Assembly: GCA_045863295.1 (NCBI GenBank)
Contig: BTWA01000004.1
Coordinates: forward strand, 224,788-288,787
DNA length: 64,000 nt
Reading direction: 5' to 3'
Source: Candidatus Hydrogenedentota bacterium
GTDB lineage: Bacteria; Hydrogenedentota; Hydrogenedentia; Hydrogenedentales; SLHB01
Shown: positions 9,287 to 17,329 of the stretch, in pieces
How positions within the stretch are numbered: the stretch's first letter is position 1
Layout: every line of letters starts with the position of its first letter
The notes under the pieces: model-generated
Databases searched by the model: none
The model's input: only the letters and a program-made list of their open reading frames with translations
What the model was told of the DNA's origin: nothing
Program-made: the position numbers and the translations under genes

Positions 9287-11907
9287 TCGTCGAGCAGCAC
9301 CTTTGCGTCGAGTTGCCGCGCCGCGGCGGTGTGGCTGAAGTAGCGCCTGGCCAGGAGGGTCGAGACGTTGGGCAGTTCGACGACGATCCGGTTGAGCAGG
9401 GTCATGAGCGAATCGCGCACCTGGTAGGAGTCCAGGTGGATGGCTTGGGTTACATCGATGCCGCGAATGGCGTGCTGTAATTCGCGGACGACGGTTTCTT
9501 CCGGCGTTTCGGAATCGGGTTGCCATCCGGGCAGGAGGTGCAGGTGTTCGGTTATGGCGTCGAGCTGGAAGGCGACAGAGCGCGGATTGGCTTCGTCGCA
9601 CAGGAGCAAATCGAGCACGGCATGGGGTTGAACCCAATTGGCGTAGCGTGCCCGGTAGGTCATGGGGCTGTCGCAAATCGCGAGCACGGCTTGGAGAATG
9701 GGCTCTTCCGGTTGGATGGGCGTGCTGAGCGTGGAATTGATGAGGTGTGCGGTGTGCAGCGCGCGTTCCAGGCGCCGTCCGAGATCCAGAAAAATCCATC
9801 CGGGTTCGCGGGTCATGTTCTCCATGGTGAGTCCGCTGAAGGCGGCCAGACCGGTGATCAGATCGTTGAGTGCGAGCAGGGCATCCGGCATTGCCGGTTG
9901 CGATCCGTTGAGGTCGACGGCGGCGAAATTGCCGGCCAGTCCGCGAAGGATGCGCCAACTGTCGTGTGAGAAGCGGTCGCGCACCACCCACGCCACGCGT
10001 TGTACGGCGTCCAGTGTCGTGCGCACACTGCTGGCGAGTTGGGGTTCGTAGATCGCAGTCAGCACGTAAACGGACAGCGCGCGGATCTCGGCTTCCTCCA
10101 CCGGGGATTCGCCTGTGTTACGCGCGGTATCCATGGTTGCATCCAGGGACTGGTTCTGGCGTTGCATGGCCAATTCCTGGAACCGTTGCGCATCGGGCCA
10201 GAGAAACCGCACGGTGCGCGCGAGGGCTGCGAGTTCCGGGGGGTTGGTCAGACCGCTTTCGTCGGTGCACCGGGTGACGAGGTATCTGAGGGTACGCACG
10301 GAACCTTCCGCGCGCTCACAATATCGGCCCAGCCAGAACAGGTTGTCGGCGACACGACTCGGCAAGTTGTCGGAGGAACGCTGCAAGGGCACGAGTTCGT
10401 CCGAGCCGGGCAGCAACGAGTACATAACGACGGGGGCGGGTGACAGGATCCAGGTGTCTTTACTTCCGCTTCCTTCCTGCATGGAGATTCGAGTCAATCC
10501 GTCTCGCGCGCTGCACCGGGTGAGTCCGCCGGGCATGACGTGAAAGTCGTGGGCGGTATCGCGCAGGGCGAAACAGCGAAGCGAGACGTGTTGCATCTTC
10601 ACGGCGCCGTCCATCCAGACGGGGGCCGTGGACAGCGAGGGTTCCCGTTGCGCCACGTATTCATGCGGGCGGGCCTGAATTGCGCTCAGCAATTCGGCGC
10701 GTGCCGCGCGATCGAGTTCCGCGGGGGACACGAAGAAACGCGCATCGGCGTTGAATGCAGGCCCGATCAGGAGACTTTCGAGATTTTCCTCCACGTACCG
10801 GCGCTGTTCACGGTTGCCGCACCACCACGTGGGCAGAGACGAATGCAACAGATCTTCTCCGAGGAAGAACCGGCACATGTCTTCGAGGTAGGGCCTGAAT
10901 GCGGGAGTCTCCAGCAAGCCACTGCCGAGCGCATTGCACACGGCCACGTTTGCTCCGAGCAACACTTGCACCAGGCCGACAATCCCGAGCGTTGAATCAG
11001 TTTTGAGTTCCAATGGGTCGCAGTAGTCATCGTCGAGCCTGCGAAACAAGACATCGACGGGGCGAAGTCCTTTGAGTGTTTTCAGGTATACGTGTTCGTT
11101 TCGCATGGAGAGGTCTTCGCCTTCCACGAGGGTGAAGCCGAGGTATCGCGCGAGGTATACGTGCTCAAAGTAGGTCTCGTTGTATGGCCCGGGCGTGAGG
11201 AGCACGACATGCGATTTGTCTGGGAAGCGCGGTGACATGCGGTAGAGCGTTTCGCGCAGGCGTTCGAAAAAGGGGGCGAGCCGATGCACCTGGCAATCCT
11301 GAATGAGGTTGGGGAAAATGCGGGATGTGATGATGCGGTTTTCCAGGGCATACCCCATGCCGGACGGCGTCCTGGTCATATCGGACATTGCCATCCATCC
11401 GCCCGATGGCGCGCGTGCGATATCCGAAGAGAACAGCGTCAAGTGATTGGATTGAAAAGGCCGGATTCCACTGCATGGCCTCAGGAACTTTGGATTTGCG
11501 TAGAGGACTTCCGGCGGAATCACTCGATCCTTTAACAGCCTTTGGGGCCCGTAGAGATCGGCGAGCGCCAGTGAGAAAACGCGCATGCGCTGAATCAACC
11601 CCGATCGAATGGTCTCCCAGTCTTCCGGCGATAGCACAAAGGGGATGAGGTCGAGCGCCCATGGGCGATCCATTCCTTGGGGGTCGCCGTAGACGTTGTA
11701 GGTGACGCCGTTGTCGTGAACCAGTTGCAGGGCCTGTTCGCGACGGCGCGTGAGTTCGGCCATTTCGAGTGTTTCGAATGCCTCAATCAGCGGCCTCCAC
11801 GCAGGACGAATAGCGCCGGTCGAATCCAAATGTTCTCCGTAGGCCATCGCTGAGTCGTGAGCGCTGGCCGACGCGTCTTCCTCGCGGCGGTGAAAAAGTC
11901 GATTCAT
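9283..11907 (-). CDS. Circularly permuted type 2 ATP-grasp / alpha-E domain fusion protein
   Basis: GVTYNVY, PSGMGYALENR, LTPGPYNETYFEH, MPGGLTR and GSGSKDTW, then alpha-E motifs SRVADNLFWLGRYCERAE and GRRLERA. Confidence 0.92.
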   Translation of the reverse strand: MNRLFHRREEDASASAHDSAMAYGEHLDSTGAIRPAWRPLIEAFETLEMAELTRRREQALQLVHDNGVTYNVYGDPQGMDRPWALDLIPFVLSPEDWETIRSGLIQRMRVFSLALADLYGPQRLLKDRVIPPEVLYANPKFLRPCSGIRPFQSNHLTLFSSDIARAPSGGWMAMSDMTRTPSGMGYALENRIITSRIFPNLIQDCQVHRLAPFFERLRETLYRMSPRFPDKSHVVLLTPGPYNETYFEHVYLARYLGFTLVEGEDLSMRNEHVYLKTLKGLRPVDVLFRRLDDDYCDPLELKTDSTLGIVGLVQVLLGANVAVCNALGSGLLETPAFRPYLEDMCRFFLGEDLLHSSLPTWWCGNREQRRYVEENLESLLIGPAFNADARFFVSPAELDRAARAELLSAIQARPHEYVAQREPSLSTAPVWMDGAVKMQHVSLRCFALRDTAHDFHVMPGGLTRCSARDGLTRISMQEGSGSKDTWILSPAPVVMYSLLPGSDELVPLQRSSDNLPSRVADNLFWLGRYCERAEGSVRTLRYLVTRCTDESGLTNPPELAALARTVRFLWPDAQRFQELAMQRQNQSLDATMDTARNTGESPVEEAEIRALSVYVLTAIYEPQLASSVRTTLDAVQRVAWVVRDRFSHDSWRILRGLAGNFAAVDLNGSQPAMPDALLALNDLITGLAAFSGLTMENMTREPGWIFLDLGRRLERALHTAHLINSTLSTPIQPEEPILQAVLAICDSPMTYRARYANWVQPHAVLDLLLCDEANPRSVAFQLDAITEHLHLLPGWQPDSETPEETVVRELQHAIRGIDVTQAIHLDSYQVRDSLMTLLNRIVVELPNVSTLLARRYFSHTAAARQLDAKVLLDE

Positions 11908-11987
11908 GGTTTGCCCGGAGTCCGGTCGTATCGCATGTTCAATCCATTCGACAAGGCGTAGCCCGCGTACATTCGGAGCAGAATCGA

Positions 11988-12004
11988 AGCAAGGCCGATG
12001 CCAG
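11988..12004 (-). promoter_or_regulatory. Sigma54 (-24/-12) promoter for the fusion-transglutaminase operon
   Basis: Minus strand reads CTGGCATCGGCCTTGCT: GG-N10-GC, matching TGGCAY-N5-TTGCW, about 80 nt upstream of the ATG at 11907. Confidence 0.7.
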
Positions 12005-12237
12005 CGTATTGCGGGTGCGGCCAAATCATAGCGGAATCATCGCGAATGAATCTCACTTTCCTGCCGTTTACCTTAGTGAGGGTGTCCAGGGGCCTGGCTT
12101 GCTTGTATGGCGTTGACTACTTGCCGTGGCTTGACATGTGGCACACCCTGGCATTATGGGTTGAGTCCCTTTGCTTGTCAGACCTTACGAAATGCCGTGT
12201 GTTGGGTCCGAACTCGATGCATTCTTCGAATTGGTAG

Positions 12238-12252
12238 TGGCACAGGGATTGC
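12238..12252 (+). promoter_or_regulatory. Sigma54 (-24/-12) promoter for the ATP-grasp/alpha-E operon
   Basis: TGGCACAGGGATTGC = TGGCAC-N5-TTGC with exact GG-N10-GC spacing. Confidence 0.7.
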
Positions 12253-12423
12253 GGAAACAAGGGGTAGTTTTCCTGATATTCAGGCAAACGGGTGCAAGTA
12301 TGCGGTTTAAGGCCACCAAGAGGGCGCTTTTGCTGTAACCATCTCTACCTCCGCGTAGGATTCGCATCCAGGAACCTACGAGATGGTAGGGAGTATAGTC
12401 GGTCGAGGCGGCTGGAGGGTTCC

Positions 12424-13887
12424 ATGAATCTCAACGAATACCGGATGGACGGTTTCTACGACGAATTGGTCGAAGGGCCGGGATTGCCGCGACAGGGCAT
12501 GGAAGCGCTGTTTCAGAAGATGGCGGAATTTGGCCCGGAAGAAGTATTGCGCCGTCAGAAGGATGCCGAGGCGCTGATGTTCCGATTGGGCATTACGTTC
12601 AATGTGTACGGGGATGAACGCCGGGAGGAGCGCATCTTTCCGTTCGACTTAATTCCGCGGATTATCACGGCTTCGGAGTGGGCCTGGATTGAGAAGGGAC
12701 TGAAGCAGCGCATAGAAGTCTTGAATTTGTTTATTCACGACATCTACCACGACCAGAAGATATTGAAGGATGGGGTCATCCCCGAATTTGTTATCAAGTC
12801 CTCGAAGTGTTTTCGCGAGCAATGTGTTGGCTTAACGCCACCGCGCGGCATCTGGAGTCATGTGGTGGGCACTGATCTGGTCCGGGACAGGGACGGTCAG
12901 ATCTATGTGTTGGAAGACAATCTTCGTTGTCCTTCGGGGGTGTCGTATGTTCTCGAAAACCGGGATGTCATGAAGCATGCCTTTCCGGAATTGTTCGAGA
13001 TGTGGGGCATTCGTCCAGTCGATGACTATCCGAATCATTTGCTGCATACCTTGCAGGATCTGGCGCCATCGGGGGTAGATCAACCTCGGGTGTGCGTGCT
13101 GACTCCGGGTGCATTTAACTCGGCGTATTTTGAACATTCGTTTCTTGCGCAACAAATGGGGGTGCCGCTTGTCGAAGGCAGCGATTTGGTGGTTTCGAAC
13201 AACCAAGTGTTGATGCGGACGATCCGCGGTTTTGAACGGGTCGACGTAATCTATCGTCGGATCGACGATGATTTTATCGATCCGAAGGCGTTTCGCGCGG
13301 ACAGTATGCTCGGTGTGCCGGGTCTGATGGACGTGTACAAAGCGGGCCGCGTGGCGTTGGCGAACGCGCCGGGCACGGGCATTGCGGACGACAAGGTCGT
13401 TTACGCCTATGTGCCGAAAATGATTAAGTATTATCTCGATCAGGACGCCATCATTCCGAACGTTCCCACGTATGTCTGCTGGGAGGACAAGGACTTGGCG
13501 TATGTCCTTGAAAACATGGAGCAGCTTGTCGTGAAGGCCGCCAACGAATCGGGCGGTTACGGCATGCTGGTGGGACCTCATGCGTCCAAAGCGGATGTGG
13601 AAGTGTTCCGGGTTGCGGTGCAGAAGGATCCTAGGAACTACATTGCACAGCCGACGCTGGGATTGTCGCGCGTGCCGGTGCTCGTCGACGAATCGTGCGA
13701 AGGCCGGCACGTGGATTTGCGCCCGTACATTTTGTATGGCAAGTCGATTTATGTGTTACCGGGCGGTTTGACGCGAGTCGCGTTGCGCAAGGGATCTTTG
13801 GTGGTGAATTCGTCGCAAGGCGGCGGCAGCAAAGACACGTGGGTGTTGGAAGAAAGCGGCCCGAACGGCCATCACAACGGGAAGTAA
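12424..13887 (+). CDS. Circularly permuted type 2 ATP-grasp protein
   Basis: [62 protein letters not shown] and [12 protein letters not shown] motifs. Confidence 0.95.
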   Translation: MNLNEYRMDGFYDELVEGPGLPRQGMEALFQKMAEFGPEEVLRRQKDAEALMFRLGITFNVYGDERREERIFPFDLIPRIITASEWAWIEKGLKQRIEVLNLFIHDIYHDQKILKDGVIPEFVIKSSKCFREQCVGLTPPRGIWSHVVGTDLVRDRDGQIYVLEDNLRCPSGVSYVLENRDVMKHAFPELFEMWGIRPVDDYPNHLLHTLQDLAPSGVDQPRVCVLTPGAFNSAYFEHSFLAQQMGVPLVEGSDLVVSNNQVLMRTIRGFERVDVIYRRIDDDFIDPKAFRADSMLGVPGLMDVYKAGRVALANAPGTGIADDKVVYAYVPKMIKYYLDQDAIIPNVPTYVCWEDKDLAYVLENMEQLVVKAANESGGYGMLVGPHASKADVEVFRVAVQKDPRNYIAQPTLGLSRVPVLVDESCEGRHVDLRPYILYGKSIYVLPGGLTRVALRKGSLVVNSSQGGGSKDTWVLEESGPNGHHNGK

Positions 13888-13890
13888 CGC

Positions 13891-14868
13891 ATGCTTAGCC
13901 GTGTCGCGAATTCGATTTATTGGTTGTGCCGCTACATAGAACGTGCCGAAAATGTGGCCCGCATTCTCCATGTGAACTGGCACTTGTCGCTGGGCGATCA
14001 GCGCACCGCGCAGGAGCAGTGGCAGCCGTTGGTCAACATTACAGCGGATACGGCGCTGTTTGAGGCCAAGTACGGCAATGCGACCAAAGAGAATGTGATT
14101 CAGTTCATGGTCTCGGACAGCGAGTATCCGAACTCGATTATATCCTGCCTGGAAGCGGCCCGCGAGAATGCGCGATCCATTCGCGAGATCATTCCTGAGG
14201 AGATGTGGGAACAGGTCAACACTTTTTACTACATGGTGCGCGATGCAGCGGTGTCTTCGAGGCCGAATGCGGACTTGAACGAGTTTTTGACCGGAATCCG
14301 CAAGCGGAGCAACGAGTTTGTCGGGCTTGCGTTGACGACGATGACTCACGACGAAGGCTGGCACTTCTGCCGGCTTGGGCGGATGTTGGAACGCGCCGAT
14401 CAGACTTCGCGCATTCTGGATGTGAAGTTCTTTTACTTGTTGCCCAATCCGAAGGATGTGGGAGGTCCGATGGACAGCATTCAGTGGCTGGCGTTGCTTC
14501 AGTCCGCCAGCGCGCTTCAAGCTTACCGCAGGCAACAGGGATCGATGAGCTATGAAAAAGTCGTTGGCTTTTTGCTTCTCGATAGCCAGTTTCCGCGCGC
14601 CGTGCGGTATTGCACGGATCGTGTGCTTGATTCGGTGCATTGTGTGACGGGCACGCCGAAAGGCGCATTTACGAATACGGTGGAGCGAGAGTGTGGCAAG
14701 TTGTGCGCCGATTTGGCGTATGCCCAAGCGAACGAGATCATCGCACAGGGCCTTCATGACTATATCGATAATCTCCAAAAGCGTTTTATTCGTTGCGGGG
14801 AAGCGATTCACGAGGCCTTTTTCGCGACCCGCCTTGTAGGGAATGGCACAGTTTCGCTGCCGCAGTGA
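13891..14868 (+). CDS. Alpha-E domain protein
   Basis: MLSRVANSIYWLCRYIERAENVAR, ARENAR, GRMLERAD and FPRAV motifs; starts 3 nt after the ATP-grasp stop. Confidence 0.93.
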   Translation: MLSRVANSIYWLCRYIERAENVARILHVNWHLSLGDQRTAQEQWQPLVNITADTALFEAKYGNATKENVIQFMVSDSEYPNSIISCLEAARENARSIREIIPEEMWEQVNTFYYMVRDAAVSSRPNADLNEFLTGIRKRSNEFVGLALTTMTHDEGWHFCRLGRMLERADQTSRILDVKFFYLLPNPKDVGGPMDSIQWLALLQSASALQAYRRQQGSMSYEKVVGFLLLDSQFPRAVRYCTDRVLDSVHCVTGTPKGAFTNTVERECGKLCADLAYAQANEIIAQGLHDYIDNLQKRFIRCGEAIHEAFFATRLVGNGTVSLPQ

Positions 14869-15013
14869 CTGAGGAGGCATTGCAGGATCCTGGCGAACCT
14901 GGAATCCTCGCGCGTGTGCGGGTACTCTTAGCACCTGTAGCCGGCCGTACACACAATGCGCATATCCTCCGCGTTAGTGGAAGACCGGGCTGGCTTCCGG
15001 GGAGGAACTGTCA

Positions 15014-16243
15014 ATGCAGGTTCGCGTACTTGGAACGCTTTTCGCGCTGTTGTCGACTTTTACGGCTACGTTGGCCCATTCGGGCGAATATCCTGCTTTT
15101 CACGATTCCCGCTTGAACGACTTTGCGGGCATTATCCGGTCCGAGCACGCCGAGCAGATTCGAGACTTGGCCGGGCAATTACGTGAATCCACGGGCATTC
15201 AGGCTGTTGTGGTCACTATCCAGTCTATTGGCGGCTACGGCACCGGCGATCCGGCCATTGAACCGTTTGCCACGAAGCTTTTCAATGCGTGGGGGGTAGG
15301 CCGTGCTGAGCGCAATGACGGTGTGATGTTGCTGGTCTCCGTGGACGATCGGGCGGTCCGGATCGAGGTGGGATCGGGTTATGGGAACCGGCTTGACCGT
15401 TTGATGCAGGGCATCATCGACCGCGAGATCATCCCGGCGTTCAAGCGAGGCGATTACAGCACCGGTATTCTGGAAGGCACACTGGCCCTTTGCGGAGCGT
15501 TGGAGACGGAGGGAACGGCGGCCACGCAGGACTCCCCCGCCGCTCCAGCCGAAAGCCCGGTATTGGAAGTCGAAGCCACGGATCCGTCAGTTCCGGTCTT
15601 GGAAGCGCCGGTTGCCGTACCCAGGACATCGCGCGAGGAGTCGTCGATCGCCTCCCGACAGCGAGTTCGCACTCATCGCCCCAGTGACTCGGATTGGGGC
15701 CTCACCGCCGTGCTGACCCTGCTAGTGGGTGGATCGGGCGCAGCGCTTGTGGGCTTATTCCTCGTGCGTTCGAACCGGTGTCCCCACTGCAAACGCGATC
15801 TGGTCTTGCTTGATCCCGGCACGGATCACGAGCGTCTGGACGACGGCCAGCAGTTGGAAGAGCGCTTAAACACGGTTGATTACCAGTTTTTCCGCTGCCC
15901 TCAATGCGGTTACGAGACCATGGCCAAGCGGCGCCGCTTCTTCTCTTCGTATGGTGCGTGTCCCCAGTGTTCTTACCGTACGTTGAAGCAGGAGCAACGT
16001 ATTCTTTCTCATCCAACGCGTCATTCCACGGGTACAAAGGTGGTGACGCAGGATTGCGAGCATTGCTCGTACCATGACGAGCGAACCATCGTCATGCCGC
16101 AGTTACCGTCGCAGGAATCGCACGTTGGCCATGGGGGCATTGGCGGAGGGTTTCGTGGGGGCGGGGGATCCAGCGGCGGATCCCATGGTGGAGGTTTTGG
16201 CGGTGGCCGGTCATCGGGAGGCGGCGCCAGTGGGCGCTGGTAG
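15014..16243 (+). CDS. TPM-domain (YgcG-like) membrane protein with C-terminal CxxC zinc ribbons and Gly-rich tail
   Basis: Signal peptide, LFNAWGVG...NDGVMLLV..DRAVRIEVGSG, one TM helix, four CxxC pairs, GGGRSSGGGASGRW end. Confidence 0.88.
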   Translation: MQVRVLGTLFALLSTFTATLAHSGEYPAFHDSRLNDFAGIIRSEHAEQIRDLAGQLRESTGIQAVVVTIQSIGGYGTGDPAIEPFATKLFNAWGVGRAERNDGVMLLVSVDDRAVRIEVGSGYGNRLDRLMQGIIDREIIPAFKRGDYSTGILEGTLALCGALETEGTAATQDSPAAPAESPVLEVEATDPSVPVLEAPVAVPRTSREESSIASRQRVRTHRPSDSDWGLTAVLTLLVGGSGAALVGLFLVRSNRCPHCKRDLVLLDPGTDHERLDDGQQLEERLNTVDYQFFRCPQCGYETMAKRRRFFSSYGACPQCSYRTLKQEQRILSHPTRHSTGTKVVTQDCEHCSYHDERTIVMPQLPSQESHVGHGGIGGGFRGGGGSSGGSHGGGFGGGRSSGGGASGRW

Positions 16244-16251
16244 ACCGCATC

Positions 16252-16455
16252 ATGGCTGACGAGCGGGCGTGTGGGATTTCGGACGCGGCGGTTGGGCTAT
16301 GTTTGAGTTGCCGCCACGCGCGTCGAATCCGGCATCCGCACGGCGGCAATGACTACTGGCGTTGCGGCCTGTCGGACGTGGATTCCCGTTTTCCGAAGTA
16401 TCCGCGGCTGCCCGTGAGTGACTGCGAGGGATTTGAGCGCATTGAATCGTCATGA
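16252..16455 (+). CDS. Small Cys-rich hypothetical protein (67 aa)
   Basis: ATG 8 nt after the TPM stop; GLCLSCRHAR..YWRC..DSRFPKYPRLPV..C pattern looks like a real metal-binding mini-protein. Confidence 0.65.
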   Translation: MADERACGISDAAVGLCLSCRHARRIRHPHGGNDYWRCGLSDVDSRFPKYPRLPVSDCEGFERIESS

Positions 16456-17241
16456 TTCCGGTGCAAGGCGAATCTCAAACACTTTGGGCCACAGCTTTCC
16501 GGTGATGAAGAAGGTATCGGCGCTGTCGTTGTATGCAATGCCGTTCAAGACATCGACGGGTTGAGCGAGATCGTCTTGGGTCAAGATGCCTTTGAGATCG
16601 ATCCATCCGGTTACCTGGCCTGTCTTTGGATCGATTCGGCAGATGGCGTCGGTCTTCCAGACGTTGGCGAATACGGAACCGTTCACGTACTCCAATTCGT
16701 TCAGATTCTGGATTGGACGGTTTCCGTCTTTTACCTCGATGACGGCCGTTTCCTCAAAGGTCTGTGGGTCCCAGAAGCGCAACCGCCATGAGCCATCGCT
16801 GACGATGAGGTGTGTGCCATCGAATGTGATTCCCCATCCTTCGTGCTTGTACGAAAAAGTGTTTTCAAGCGCGAAGGAGTCTTTGTCGTATACGAAGCCG
16901 GCTTCGGTTTGCCAGGTGAGCTGTATGATGCGGTCTCCGGCGACTACGATGCCTTCGCCGAAATGATGTGACGGCAAGTTGATGCGTTGTGTGGAGGTGC
17001 CGGTGGCGGGGTCTACTTTTCGCAGCGTGGAATGACCGTAGATGCCAGTTCCCTCATAGAAGAATCCGTCGACATAATCGAGCCCTTGTGTAAAGGCGCC
17101 GCGATCGTGGGGATATGTTTTAACGATTTCATAGGCGAGAATCGGCGTGGTGGTTTCCGAAATGACGTCTACGGTACATCCCACACACAGGAGTAGCGCC
17201 GCCGTTACGGTGCAGGCAAGGCGAAATGCAAGAGAACTCAT
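16450..17241 (-). CDS. Glutaminyl-peptide cyclotransferase (type I, beta-propeller), lipoprotein
   Basis: YPHDRGAFTQGL, FGEGI, EGWGIT, LNELEY, VLNGIAY and TGKLWP motifs. Confidence 0.93.
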   Translation of the reverse strand: MSSLAFRLACTVTAALLLCVGCTVDVISETTTPILAYEIVKTYPHDRGAFTQGLDYVDGFFYEGTGIYGHSTLRKVDPATGTSTQRINLPSHHFGEGIVVAGDRIIQLTWQTEAGFVYDKDSFALENTFSYKHEGWGITFDGTHLIVSDGSWRLRFWDPQTFEETAVIEVKDGNRPIQNLNELEYVNGSVFANVWKTDAICRIDPKTGQVTGWIDLKGILTQDDLAQPVDVLNGIAYNDSADTFFITGKLWPKVFEIRLAPES

Positions 17242-17329
17242 ATGGAGCGCAGCCTCGTTGTAACCATTCCTTCATTGTGGTGCAGACGGCTTTTGGAACG
17301 CAACCGGCAGGACTAATGCCTAGTGCATC

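Noticed and set aside
9287..9991. N-terminal extension of the transglutaminase ORF in the track (527 aa)
   Set aside because: It overlaps the alpha-E domain in another frame; the real start is the ATGA-coupled Met at 9286.
12131..12157. TTGACA and a second TGGCAC in the amidoligase intergenic region
   Set aside because: TGGCAC..GC spacing is 9 nt rather than 10, and TTGACA has no properly spaced -10.
16127..16243. Gly-rich tail of the TPM protein as a possible ligase substrate or RiPP core
   Set aside because: A GGGxSGGGGASGxW tail is standard in TPM/YgcG proteins.
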